A DNA stretch of 39,491 nucleotides from a virus (taxonomy: Duplodnaviria; Caudoviricetes): positions 1 through 39,491 of IMG/VR virus record IMGVR_UViG_3300032225_001435. One strand, 5' to 3'. The first letter of the stretch is position 1. The number at the start of each line of letters is the position of its first letter. Shown in pieces: positions 9,954 through 20,250 of this stretch. Position numbers and translations under genes: made by a program. Below the pieces are notes generated by a model that saw nothing but the letters and a program-made list of their open reading frames with translations, was not told the origin of the DNA and made no database searches.

Positions 9954-12900
9954 TTATCCAACGCTTACATCTTTTTCGATGCTTATTACAAAGCATTTTT
10001 CAATCTCGCTGACCACAATTCGATCATCTGTGGCAGGAGGTCTAGTGCTCAATATACTCACACTGAATACGCCAGGCAAGCCCTGAATTACACGAATGAG
10101 TTCAGATATAACAACCGGCTTACCAACACCGAGACTATTCACATATCTCTCGGCAGTAGCCTTAACGAGGTCAGTAATGCTATTCAGTGTTACACCATCT
10201 TTTGGCCGAATTTGCAAATCAAGTTGAATCGACTTAATCAATGGAGGAAGTACCTCAATGACAGTTCCGGCAGCTTTTACGCCTGGGAATAGTGATGTAT
10301 TGGTTGGCAATCCATCAATGATTCTATGAGCTTGCTGAATAGATCCGCTGAAAATCTTATATCCATCAATCCCTGTAGCAGTTGCATCGCTGAAATTTAA
10401 CTTATAGGGAGCTGATATAACCGTGCCGAAAGTCCCAGTCATTTTGGATGTAAATCTCTTAGGTCTTAGGTACAGTTCTGATTCTTCTGTATTGATTGGG
10501 TTGATGCCATGTCCAGCAATTACTCTAAAGCCAGAGTAAGGCTCGCCTTCAGTAAAGCCAATGCTTGAGTCATTATTGCCGATAGCAAATGAATCCACAT
10601 CTGCGCCGTTAGTATCTTTGATAGATAAGGGTGCATTAGGTAGAGTTATATCAATATATGGGCAAATCTTAGAGTAATCCAGTACGCCATCAGATGAGTC
10701 ATGTGGTAAAGAATATCCAGTATAATTAAGAGCTTGATATCCAATGCCAGTTATAGCCCATGAGCCAAACATTGTATTGGGGAACCACTGACCTGAGTTT
10801 GAAGGGGATGAAATACGGAATAGATCACCAATCTTAACGGTTTCTGCGTCAAAAATTCTAACTGGACGGTCAATTCCATCATTAAGAGGGCCAACTCTCC
10901 ACTTTCTGTCACCAATTCCACCATTAGTGAATGAATCCTGATCAATAACTTCGTCTTTGCCGCCCTTTGCATTATGGAAAATGATGTGGTTTCTTCCATT
11001 ATGAGCTAACAATCTGAATGTGCCCTGATTGGACGCATCGAATCCGTTACCGAGAGTGATAAAGTCATCAGAACTTACTGATAAATTGTCAAGAAGCATG
11101 TCATCTGTGGCTTCTGTGGCTGAATTCTGCACCCACAAAGACATAAATCCATTTCCTAAGGTCTTGAGAAGTATGTACATTTCGCCGTTATTAATCAATT
11201 GATCGAATTTTGCACCTTCTTTATGGTTCGTTCGAATATTCTTCTCGTTATGGATAGCAGGCATGAATGTAACATCAGTTGCAGTTGAAGGAACAGTCGT
11301 CCCAAATGAGACAATGTTTGGCGCAAGTATAGTAATGGTCTGTGCATCAGTCACATGAACAACTGGGTATCCAATATATTCAGGTAGAGCTGAAGGTGTT
11401 ACGCCTCCGGATGGCAGAGACTTGCATCTAACATCGACTGGGAAGTTGGAGTCTGGGCGAACATACATAAGATCGCCAACACGAGCTGACAACTCAGATC
11501 CACCACCGGCCGTAACAACCTGGACAAGGCCGCCACCCAAATTGGTTAGGGTAACGCCTGTAGATCCGGTTAGAGGTTCCGCTCCAAGTCCACTTCTATA
11601 GAATATTACCCTGGCACTATTAGCGCCAAGTCTAATGTACTTGACTTCATTTGTTGGTCTGAAGAATGTATTAACGTCCACACTATTGGCACTGGTAATA
11701 CTTGCGCCAGTGGGTACAGTTCTGTAAGGTCTGTTGATTTCTGACCTAATCGTATTCTGAATCTTGAGAAGAGAATCTCTTACAAGAGGCTTGGCATCTG
11801 CGCTAAGTACCCTAATCTTAATGGCATCTTGATCTTCTGATCCGTTACCTATAACGCCTGTTGCAACTTTGTTTGCAGATACGCCCGTAATCTTGACGGC
11901 TCCATCTTCTCCGTCTGCTTTGGATGATATCTGGAACTGGCTGTCTGAGTTGATCTTTTCTATGCTTGCTAAAAGATTTAGAGATGATGCTGCATTGAAG
12001 TTGATCCATCTTGCTAAGGTGCTTGTATTGGTGGGTACAATCATAACTTCTTCGTTAATTGGATTGTACGCAGTACCGGAAGCTTCTGTAATTGTTGGAT
12101 AAATTGAATCATCACTTTGAACAGTGGCTTTAACGTTATTGCTTGATAGGACGGAAGAGTCGTACAAGAATATACCCGCAGATCCCGCAAACTTAGCCTT
12201 AAAGGATGTTGCCAGGAAAGCCTTGTTGAGGTCTGAACCGGAGAACAATGATGCTGGCGGATTGGTTAGGAATGTTGGGCCAGAAACATAATAAGTGGTC
12301 AGTCCGGTTCCAATGGCTTCCGCAACCACGATTGGGTTGTCTGGAAGGTAATCATTAAGAGCATCCCTGACATCATTGAATGTCGTATCGGTTACTCCCC
12401 ATGATCTGACTTGATACTGGGCTGCACTGAAGATGGCAAAAGGAGTTATTCCACCATTGCCTGGAGACTTGGCAACAACTACCCCGCCATTGACGGTAGT
12501 GAGAGCTCCAGTTCCGTTTGAGGTTGCTGATGCAGTTGCTAAGTAGCTGTAAGTATTGGCATTAATATATGTTATCGGTGCATCAGATACGGACAAGTTG
12601 GCAGGAGTTATTCCACCTATCGTAATGCCCGTGGTTACAGATACTAGGTCGCCACTAGTTCTGCCATGTCCAGTAGAGGTTACAGTAACTACGTTTGATC
12701 CGTTTGTTACACTGGCTGTTGCACTTACTTCAGACGAGAAGCTTGCAGAGGTAATTGGGTAACTGCCAGAAAGTGGGCCGCCTTTGATATTAAGGACGTT
12801 TCCTACTTGGTATTCATTGCCTGTATTGAAAGAACCGGCAGTCAATCTAAGGTCATATAGAGTGCCCGACACTGATGTAGCTACTTTGTAATTACCGGAG

Positions 12901-15900
12901 AATAGGGTTGAATTTGGTATTAATGAGCCTGACGGAAGAACTGCAATAATGGTAGTTCTTGTGTAATCATCCATATCATTGGTGTGCTTGACTTGAACAC
13001 TTGCAATGTCAGATTCTTCTGGCAATTGAATAGCAAAATTGAATCTAGCAGGAGCTCCAAAGAAATGGGATCTAACTACTAAGGCTCGGTCGGATAAATC
13101 TTCTCGGTACAAGGCTACTGCTCTTGTTAGAAGTTTGAAATCCTGGAAGTCAAAATCTTTGTACACGGAATCAGTGGCGAAGAATGCTTTGTCGCCATCT
13201 TCCGGATCTTTAAGTCTTAATGAAATAACCTGACCCTTGCCATTTCCGGTAATGGCATCAATATCTTGTATTTTCGCTAACTTAAATAGGTTTATGGCAA
13301 CAGTCTTGTCAGATGGATTGAGATCCATTTCCGCAACTAATTTGTCATAATTGTTAAGAGGAAGATCTTGCATACGAAGGCTGAAGTTACCGTAAGCGTC
13401 TAAAGTATCGGGAGATGACTGCTCGGCATCGGATGTAGCGAGAGGCTTGACTGCATCCTTGCCACGAAGAATGCCGGTAAATGGAGCCGTTGTTTGGTTA
13501 TTGTATACTCGGGCTACAAGTCCATACTGACGTCCTGATATCCAAACCGACTCAAAGCCAACTGGATAATCAGTCACATAAGCAGTGGGAGATTCTATTG
13601 CAGGGTTAGTGGCTGTATTAAGAATATTGATCTGATCTTTGTCAATTTTCATATAAGTTCTAGTAGGATAGCCCGCAACCTGACTTGTTGGTAGTTCTAT
13701 GTCATTAACTACCAGGAAGCCAGCTCCGGTATGTCCTGATGCAGAATTGGCTGTATGAGCCTGAATGCTACCAGCCACCTGAGGCTTGCTAAACAGGATT
13801 GATGCATTGCCGATTACCGCTAGGATGCCAACCGTTCCGCTATTGTAGTTATTTGATCTGATTACTACTTTCTTAGGACTGACCTTTTGAAGACTGCCTG
13901 ATGATATCTGGCTGTTAACTATTGTAACCAAATTATCTGCGGTCAGAGTAGATGCAGCAGTCAAATCAACTATTTGAGGTATCACACTTGATTTAAAGAT
14001 GTGCACCATATTGTTGGTTATGTACTGAGGGATTGTAAGAAGAGGTGCCCAAGCCGCAAGTTGCGGGGATGACAGCTCGATTTCAACCCAAGAATCAGTA
14101 AGATAGGTTACTGTAGTCAAGGTTCCAATAGAGGGGCCTGCTGATGTTGCTGCTGCCGCTGCCCTGTACTTGTAAGTATTTGCATTTATTACTTCAATTG
14201 GCGCGTTATTTACAGCTAGATTTGCCGCAAGTATGCCGCCAGTATTGGCAATTGCAGTTGTGTTTATGAATGCACCGGACGAGAATCCATGTGAAGGTTG
14301 AGTAACGGTCACAATTGCGTACCCAATATGTGAGCTAATCGTACCAACTGCATCCGAAGTTGCTGCGGCTGCGGCCGTGTATAGATAGTTATTGCTGTCT
14401 AGAACAGTTACGGCCACGTTGGTTACTGATAGGTTTGCACCAGAAATACCACCAACGGCGGTGACTGTAACAGGAGATACGAGATCACCAGTCTTTAGGC
14501 CGTGCGCGTTATGGGTAACTCTGACGGCCGAGCTGCCTCTTGAGGTTCCAATTGCAGGAGTAGCAACACCACCGACGGACATAACAATAGTGCTATATAC
14601 TTGATTTGATGCGAATTTTTGATTACCGGATGCTTTAATTCGGTAAATACTCTCCACTGCCGATGACCATGTTGGAACAGATGCAAGGTCTTTAACCAGG
14701 TATAGGTAATCGCCCGCCTTTGCATTAAGAAGAACGTCAACGACATTTGCCGTTAATCGAACTATATTGGATGCGCCGGATGGGTTAGGGATTGTGGGAG
14801 TTAATGCAGATGCGGCTGGAACGCTGACGCTTCTTACGATGAAGTCGCCGTCGAAACCAACCACAAACCTAGCATTACCGATTGTTCCCGGAACGGCTGC
14901 TGTTGGGAACAGGCCGGTATTGGCTTCATTTGATGTAATGAACGCTCTAGTGGATCTACTTCCAATCTCAACTGTAGAGCCGGCTGCTGGCTTGGTAGTG
15001 AAGTTAATTTCACCTGTTGCTCTATTGAATTTGAAATTCTTTGAATATCCAACATCTTTGAGCTTTCCGCCATCGGCTGCTGGAACCCACATTCTCGAGT
15101 TTCCAATCCAAGGAGCCGGAGTGCCATCAGCACGAGTTTCGACAATCTCCAAAGTTCCGGTAGATGAAAATGTCTGGAATGTAGTCCATATAATTCTTTG
15201 GCCGGCTACTGTGAATTTAACTCCAGCGATTTTCCTAGAGAATACCGTCGCCCACTGAATTACCGTTGCAGTATCAATGGTTGCACTAAACTCAGCAAAA
15301 TCAGAGTCTTGGATAGTAATTGTTTGTGCGACGCCATCTACTTTGACAATAATATCTTGTAAATGAGCGGCATCTAAAGTCCACAGGTTTCTAGGACGAG
15401 TTTCTAGAGTTGCGGTTTTACCTCTAAATGATTGAAGGACAGAGTCTTTATAAAGATAGATTGGGCGAATGTCTGAAATTGGCAATCCGAGAATGGCCTG
15501 TAAGTCAGATGATTCAATCTTGAGAAGCTCGGCTTCTCCAGATAGATCGATAAGAACCAATCTTGCGCCTTCATCTAGTGTACGGAACCCAATGATATTA
15601 GACTGAGAGTTAAGATCTCTTGCTAATTCATAAGCCGTAGCAGAATTTAGGTTTCTGTAATTGCTTGGTGTTATGTAGTAAGTCTCTGTAATCTCATCGA
15701 TTCTTACAGTTATGGACTGACCATTGACAATAGCAAATGGGCCAAAATTGGAACCTACTGCTGTTGCGGGAGTGACTGGATACTGGGCTGCGCGGAATCT
15801 ACTCTCTTGGCCTGAAGCGGACTGCAATAGAAGCTCGTAGGGCTGGCCATCGAAAGACGGCTCAAGTCCTGTGCCATCATCGATATAAACTCTTGCGGAA

Positions 15901-16880
15901 TCACCTGGCTCGACTGGCTCTAAAACAATACTGGATTGGATCGATCTACCGCTTACTGGATCTGTGGCACCTTGGATAGCAGCGGCAATTGCTGTTACTG
16001 TACCCCTGGAGAGGGTTGCTGGGTAGTTTTTAATTCTGATGCGAAGGTCTTCGTCATTCTCGGCAGATTTACCACTGATGAATGAGGTCTTGTTGGTTAC
16101 GGTAGCGCCGCCGAATGGTGAGGTGCTAAATTCTGTAATACTTCCGGCGAGTGCATTTCCTATTTCACCAAACTGAAGACAGGCAACTTGGACAGTACCT
16201 TCTGCCTCGCCATCTGGAATAGTAATTTGGCCAGTTGTTGAGAACTGGATGGATGTAGATCCGCTATTGGCCGGAACTTGAACGATAGTGCCGGCTGGAA
16301 CCACACGATCCCCGCCCTGAGCCAATACAACCAGGTCGCTGAGAAGGTGAGACTTGGTTAAAGGAGCATCTAAGGTCATTTCCCAGAAAGAGCCATTATT
16401 AACAAGAGATGAATATGGGATTGGCCCTTCAAATCGATCAACTGTCCCTCTGGCGATATATACTGATCCAGTTGGGGATAGTAATTCTGCGTTTTCTAAA
16501 TATAACTTGAGGCTGCCTGCGAATGGAGCTGGCTTACCTGCATATTGCTTTGATGCTATCTTATTGAAATCACTACCGATTGTTACTGAATTGATGGCTT
16601 GAGCTGATGGTTTTCTGCCTATGCCACCGCTTCCATTAGGTAATTTAATTGAAACGGCCTTCTTATCTAGTTCAACCCCTACAAGGGATTCTAGGTTAGA
16701 GCTTTCAAGTATCTTTAGGGCAGATACGGATATTTGATAATGAGACTCGGCAATACCCTCGAGTATTGTTCCGAGAGAAGATCCTGGCGCAACGTCATTA
16801 TAGTCAGTATCAATAGAAACTGCTCGTATTAAGTCAGCCAATATTTGCGCGGGGGATCGTAATTCTACTTGAATTGCCAT
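9954..16880 (-). CDS. Baseplate J-like wedge protein with very large internal insertion (2308 aa)
   Basis: N-terminal J motifs (D..PGS...TILE; G.ELD; G..GN...G.I; GKSAENDEDLRIRI...LSRGT..AI; VYIDDGTG) and C-terminal J motifs (KAAG..IEV; YVNSLGVGKPV..SE.I..I...PGV). Confidence 0.85.
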   Translation of the reverse strand: MAIQVELRSPAQILADLIRAVSIDTDYNDVAPGSSLGTILEGIAESHYQISVSALKILESSNLESLVGVELDKKAVSIKLPNGSGGIGRKPSAQAINSVTIGSDFNKIASKQYAGKPAPFAGSLKLYLENAELLSPTGSVYIARGTVDRFEGPIPYSSLVNNGSFWEMTLDAPLTKSHLLSDLVVLAQGGDRVVPAGTIVQVPANSGSTSIQFSTTGQITIPDGEAEGTVQVACLQFGEIGNALAGSITEFSTSPFGGATVTNKTSFISGKSAENDEDLRIRIKNYPATLSRGTVTAIAAAIQGATDPVSGRSIQSSIVLEPVEPGDSARVYIDDGTGLEPSFDGQPYELLLQSASGQESRFRAAQYPVTPATAVGSNFGPFAIVNGQSITVRIDEITETYYITPSNYRNLNSATAYELARDLNSQSNIIGFRTLDEGARLVLIDLSGEAELLKIESSDLQAILGLPISDIRPIYLYKDSVLQSFRGKTATLETRPRNLWTLDAAHLQDIIVKVDGVAQTITIQDSDFAEFSATIDTATVIQWATVFSRKIAGVKFTVAGQRIIWTTFQTFSSTGTLEIVETRADGTPAPWIGNSRMWVPAADGGKLKDVGYSKNFKFNRATGEINFTTKPAAGSTVEIGSRSTRAFITSNEANTGLFPTAAVPGTIGNARFVVGFDGDFIVRSVSVPAASALTPTIPNPSGASNIVRLTANVVDVLLNAKAGDYLYLVKDLASVPTWSSAVESIYRIKASGNQKFASNQVYSTIVMSVGGVATPAIGTSRGSSAVRVTHNAHGLKTGDLVSPVTVTAVGGISGANLSVTNVAVTVLDSNNYLYTAAAAATSDAVGTISSHIGYAIVTVTQPSHGFSSGAFINTTAIANTGGILAANLAVNNAPIEVINANTYKYRAAAAATSAGPSIGTLTTVTYLTDSWVEIELSSPQLAAWAPLLTIPQYITNNMVHIFKSSVIPQIVDLTAASTLTADNLVTIVNSQISSGSLQKVSPKKVVIRSNNYNSGTVGILAVIGNASILFSKPQVAGSIQAHTANSASGHTGAGFLVVNDIELPTSQVAGYPTRTYMKIDKDQINILNTATNPAIESPTAYVTDYPVGFESVWISGRQYGLVARVYNNQTTAPFTGILRGKDAVKPLATSDAEQSSPDTLDAYGNFSLRMQDLPLNNYDKLVAEMDLNPSDKTVAINLFKLAKIQDIDAITGNGKGQVISLRLKDPEDGDKAFFATDSVYKDFDFQDFKLLTRAVALYREDLSDRALVVRSHFFGAPARFNFAIQLPEESDIASVQVKHTNDMDDYTRTTIIAVLPSGSLIPNSTLFSGNYKVATSVSGTLYDLRLTAGSFNTGNEYQVGNVLNIKGGPLSGSYPITSASFSSEVSATASVTNGSNVVTVTSTGHGRTSGDLVSVTTGITIGGITPANLSVSDAPITYINANTYSYLATASATSNGTGALTTVNGGVVVAKSPGNGGITPFAIFSAAQYQVRSWGVTDTTFNDVRDALNDYLPDNPIVVAEAIGTGLTTYYVSGPTFLTNPPASLFSGSDLNKAFLATSFKAKFAGSAGIFLYDSSVLSSNNVKATVQSDDSIYPTITEASGTAYNPINEEVMIVPTNTSTLARWINFNAASSLNLLASIEKINSDSQFQISSKADGEDGAVKITGVSANKVATGVIGNGSEDQDAIKIRVLSADAKPLVRDSLLKIQNTIRSEINRPYRTVPTGASITSANSVDVNTFFRPTNEVKYIRLGANSARVIFYRSGLGAEPLTGSTGVTLTNLGGGLVQVVTAGGGSELSARVGDLMYVRPDSNFPVDVRCKSLPSGGVTPSALPEYIGYPVVHVTDAQTITILAPNIVSFGTTVPSTATDVTFMPAIHNEKNIRTNHKEGAKFDQLINNGEMYILLKTLGNGFMSLWVQNSATEATDDMLLDNLSVSSDDFITLGNGFDASNQGTFRLLAHNGRNHIIFHNAKGGKDEVIDQDSFTNGGIGDRKWRVGPLNDGIDRPVRIFDAETVKIGDLFRISSPSNSGQWFPNTMFGSWAITGIGYQALNYTGYSLPHDSSDGVLDYSKICPYIDITLPNAPLSIKDTNGADVDSFAIGNNDSSIGFTEGEPYSGFRVIAGHGINPINTEESELYLRPKRFTSKMTGTFGTVISAPYKLNFSDATATGIDGYKIFSGSIQQAHRIIDGLPTNTSLFPGVKAAGTVIEVLPPLIKSIQLDLQIRPKDGVTLNSITDLVKATAERYVNSLGVGKPVVISELIRVIQGLPGVFSVSILSTRPPATDDRIVVSEIEKCFVISIEKDVSVG

Positions 16881-16906
16881 CTAAGTACCTCAAAGCGTTA
16901 CCACCT

Positions 16907-16915
16907 ATTTTATCA
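16907..16915 (-). promoter_or_regulatory. TGATAAAAT extended -10 / putative late promoter
   Basis: Shared 9-mer; TTGCTT lies 17 bp upstream of TAAAAT; precedes the GAGG RBS and ATG 16880. Confidence 0.55.
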
Positions 16916-16941
16916 ACTAGCATGGCAATAAGCAACGTTTT

Positions 16942-18489
16942 TTAACTTATAAAACTCAACGGGATAGGTTGGTTTGCTCCGGCAATAAAAACCAATAAAG
17001 ACAGGGACATAGAAGTTCCGGTCGCAGATATCTTGGATATTTGCACATCCGTAAACCTCTGATCTCGCAATAGAGTACTTCTCAGAAGGTCGCCGAACAC
17101 AAGAACCTCATCCGTCGTTCCGAAATAAGCCGATCCAATGTTGGTATTAACCCCATAGGTGGGATGGAAGGGGAGCTCCCCTCGAACAGTCCTTAGGGCA
17201 TAAAGGACAGATTGTCTAACGTTTGCCATACCATACGCCATTTTGAAGTTACCATTGGCGTCAACAACAAAGTCGTTTGTCTTTTCATCCCTGGCTATAT
17301 CAACACCGAATTCTAATAATGCCTTGTCTAACTGTCTTAGGACGCCGCTTCTTGGGGTTAGAGTGTTGGGATTCAAAGGAGACTCATCATCAGATGGGAT
17401 CTTAACGTAGACACCTTGCCTTGTAGTTCCTGGCAAGAAGATTCTAATATAGGCTTCGTGAGCTGTAATGAATTTGTTAAGATCTTGCTTACCCGATAGA
17501 AAAAGGACAATAGTACCGTCTTCATTCTGGATTGTACGTTCAATTACCCTGGTTTCTTCCCTGAATTTATAAGAACCAATGCCAACGGATGCGCCTACAG
17601 GAATATCATCCCTTCTGGTGTCCGAGATAATACAGTTATTTACAGCGGCCGGAGCTAGAAGTTTAAACTTTTCGCCAGTAAAGTCTACATAAGGAGGCTT
17701 GAAATTATTAATAGTTACAAGCTCATACCATCTTCTTCGAGATCCTAGATATAACTCGGCCATATGCTCGAGAGATATCTCAAAGGGAACTGTCGTGAAA
17801 GACCTATAGGAGTCTTTAAAGGCTACTTCCGATCCTGCCTCAATATTCTGATTGGATATGGCTAAGAGATTGGGAGCCTTCTTTTGGCTAGACTGTAGAT
17901 CAAAGACAATCCCTTGGATTATTTTTATTAGATCTAAATAGTCTTTAATTTCAGCCATATCGGCTATGGTTGCATTCTTTCTCTTGGGATTAACAGACTT
18001 TTTATAGTAAGCTGCGGCAACGGGATCACCAAGTCCAATTTGCTCGGATAGAGTGGACATGGCTAATTTCATAAATGAGATCATACCCCTAAAGTCATCA
18101 AGATTAAGATCGCTAATCCTGTCAATCTCTTTATTAAAGAGTATAGTTTCATCCGGAGTTAGCGAGAGAGTCTCAATGGAGATAGTTTCTAAGAAAGGGT
18201 AGAATTTTTCATAGTTTGTGGAATTAGACAACTCATTGTTTTTATTACCTAAAATGTAACTCTGAACAGCTCTGTCAAAGTCGGTTAGTGTAGATAATAA
18301 GACCGAGTCTCCATTGCTGAAAGTTAAAAATTGCTGATAGAGTTGCTGCCAGTTATCTACCATCCATGGATATCTATAGACGGCAATAGGCTGAACTGTC
18401 GCAAGGCTTAGAGGTGAACCCGTGCGAAGAGATATATAAGCGTAAACGTCTACATATATCTCAAATGCGCTGGTATACTTCTTAGCCAT
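16942..18489 (-). CDS. Baseplate wedge / sheath initiator: helical N-terminus, LysM-like segment, gp25/gpW-like C-terminus (515 aa)
   Basis: SLEHMAELYLGSRRRWYELVTINNFKPPY (LysM-like) and GVDI...G.F...G.ANVRQ.V...L.T.RGELPFHPTYG...D.RF (gp25-like); immediately upstream of J. Confidence 0.75.
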   Translation of the reverse strand: MAKKYTSAFEIYVDVYAYISLRTGSPLSLATVQPIAVYRYPWMVDNWQQLYQQFLTFSNGDSVLLSTLTDFDRAVQSYILGNKNNELSNSTNYEKFYPFLETISIETLSLTPDETILFNKEIDRISDLNLDDFRGMISFMKLAMSTLSEQIGLGDPVAAAYYKKSVNPKRKNATIADMAEIKDYLDLIKIIQGIVFDLQSSQKKAPNLLAISNQNIEAGSEVAFKDSYRSFTTVPFEISLEHMAELYLGSRRRWYELVTINNFKPPYVDFTGEKFKLLAPAAVNNCIISDTRRDDIPVGASVGIGSYKFREETRVIERTIQNEDGTIVLFLSGKQDLNKFITAHEAYIRIFLPGTTRQGVYVKIPSDDESPLNPNTLTPRSGVLRQLDKALLEFGVDIARDEKTNDFVVDANGNFKMAYGMANVRQSVLYALRTVRGELPFHPTYGVNTNIGSAYFGTTDEVLVFGDLLRSTLLRDQRFTDVQISKISATGTSMSLSLLVFIAGANQPIPLSFIS

Positions 18490-19571
18490 TACTTACCTTT
18501 TTTATTAAAACCCATCTTGCCCATGAGACTTAAAGCTCCGAGACCAATGGTATTAACAGACTTTAAATCACCGCCGGCTGCAAATCTATTAAATTCTGCA
18601 TCTTTTGACATCTGTGCACTTACGGTCTGGAGGCTCCAGCACTTAAGAACTAGATTATATCTCCAGAGATGAGGGGACTGTGCTGACTTTTGGATTGAGA
18701 AGTCCTGGATAATACAATTCCATTGCTGATTGGTCTTGAACATACGGAATACCAGTTTGTACTTCTTTGGATTCTTATGCTTAAGGCTATTGTACATATC
18801 AATAAACTTTGACAATTCTTGTATCTCAGTGAAACCATTGCTTTTTTCTGACACGGCACTACCAGAATATGGTATGGATGGCATCGTCACGGCACCAGCG
18901 ATATCAACGGCATTACCTATACCACCGGCAATATTACCTTCCTTAAATGACTCGGCAGCGGATAAGGCAGAATCAAGAGCTCCGCCTATCTTGGATATGG
19001 TCTTGTTTAATTGACCTGTAATCCCCGCCAAGAGGCCGGTTGTTGATATGGTATCCCTAAACTGTTTTGCAACAGACCTTCTATCAATTGTGTCGCCATT
19101 CATTGCCCTGCTGGGTGCAATTCCCGTGGTTCCCTGCATACTTATCATCCAAAGGACGTTATCTGACGTTTCCTCGACCACACCACCTAGCGTAGGAGTT
19201 GCTTGGGAAGCAATAAGAGGCTTGATCATTAGGCTTTGTGGGGGAATAGGCAATGTGTAATATTTTGTTTCGGCAGTATCTTCACTTGGGCCGTCCGCAT
19301 TCTTTTGACCAGTAAAAAGATTAGCCAATGTCTTAGCAGCACCCTTGATTTTGTCTATAGCAGAATTATTGGATTTACCCGGCTCAGAATCCTTGCCGTT
19401 TGCTAGTATAACAAATTGATAACCAAAGACTTTATACCAGTCTTGACCAACAATGCGAAACTTCTCGGCTTCAGAGGATGCGTCCTTCTTGCCATTGGCG
19501 AAATCCCTGGCCTTGTCTTGTACGGCACCCATCGCATTTGCTAATGTTGGAGGAATTGGAGGGAATCCCAT
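18489..19571 (-). CDS. Tail tube initiator / distal-tail-like baseplate protein (360 aa)
   Basis: LPIPPQS...TLGG.VEE...ISMQGTTG...GFTEIQEL...FSIQKSAQSPHLWRYNLVL pattern, as in SPO1/Twort-type tube initiators; gene position. Confidence 0.6.
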   Translation of the reverse strand: MGFPPIPPTLANAMGAVQDKARDFANGKKDASSEAEKFRIVGQDWYKVFGYQFVILANGKDSEPGKSNNSAIDKIKGAAKTLANLFTGQKNADGPSEDTAETKYYTLPIPPQSLMIKPLIASQATPTLGGVVEETSDNVLWMISMQGTTGIAPSRAMNGDTIDRRSVAKQFRDTISTTGLLAGITGQLNKTISKIGGALDSALSAAESFKEGNIAGGIGNAVDIAGAVTMPSIPYSGSAVSEKSNGFTEIQELSKFIDMYNSLKHKNPKKYKLVFRMFKTNQQWNCIIQDFSIQKSAQSPHLWRYNLVLKCWSLQTVSAQMSKDAEFNRFAAGGDLKSVNTIGLGALSLMGKMGFNKKGK

Positions 19572-19614
19572 TTAAGTCCTTAATTTCTATTAATAAAACT
19601 TATTTAACCCTATT

Positions 19615-20250
19615 TTATAATATGGTGCCGCCTGCTGCTGCGCCCAATGAGATAGATCCACCGCCTCCGGGACAAAGTCCAGATACTAAGGGGAGAGCTA
19701 CAACTGCATTATTCATTATATGATTGACTATTTCGGTTGACATTTGGAGCACTTGCGGGGAAACGGTTGATTGATTAATGCCAGAGGCAATTGCGCTGGC
19801 TAACCCAGATCCAGATAATCCAACAATTTTACCGCCCACTCCAGCTCCTATCAGAGGGCCAGGTGCGCTTGCGGGTGGGGGAGTGTTGGCACAAACCCCT
19901 GTAATATTACCAGAATCAAACTTTACGGTTCCGGTCATAATATGGGTTGATATGGCATTGGCTAGGCCGGCTATCTGGGATGTATTGTGACCAAAGGTTG
20001 CAATAAAGGCAGTTGCCAAGGCTGACGAAACCAGGGTAATGGTTCCATTCGAGCCTGCACCATTGCTGAGCGGGCCGCCTGATGGAGGTGCCGTTCCGGT
20101 TATGGTACCTGGAGCAAAGGCTACAGTACCCGATTTAATATGAGTTACAATATCGGTTGCCATATTTATATTCTTGGTCGATGTTGGCTGTGACCCAAAC
20201 CCGAGACCGTTCTTTATGGCTGTAGCTAATGCGGTTGCATTAAGAGCCAT
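19615..20250 (-). CDS. Putative spike-tip protein made of three ~70-aa repeats (211 aa)
   Basis: TAATG-coupled to the spike gene; three internal repeats, each with (T/N)HI; Gly/Ala/Pro-rich. Confidence 0.5.
   Translation of the reverse strand: MALNATALATAIKNGLGFGSQPTSTKNINMATDIVTHIKSGTVAFAPGTITGTAPPSGGPLSNGAGSNGTITLVSSALATAFIATFGHNTSQIAGLANAISTHIMTGTVKFDSGNITGVCANTPPPASAPGPLIGAGVGGKIVGLSGSGLASAIASGINQSTVSPQVLQMSTEIVNHIMNNAVVALPLVSGLCPGGGGSISLGAAAGGTIL

Noticed and set aside
9952-9996. Track start codons at 9996, 29772, 32486 and 39436
   Set aside because: RBS position and overlaps favour 9951 or 9930, 29757 and 32411; the sheath frame continues beyond the window.
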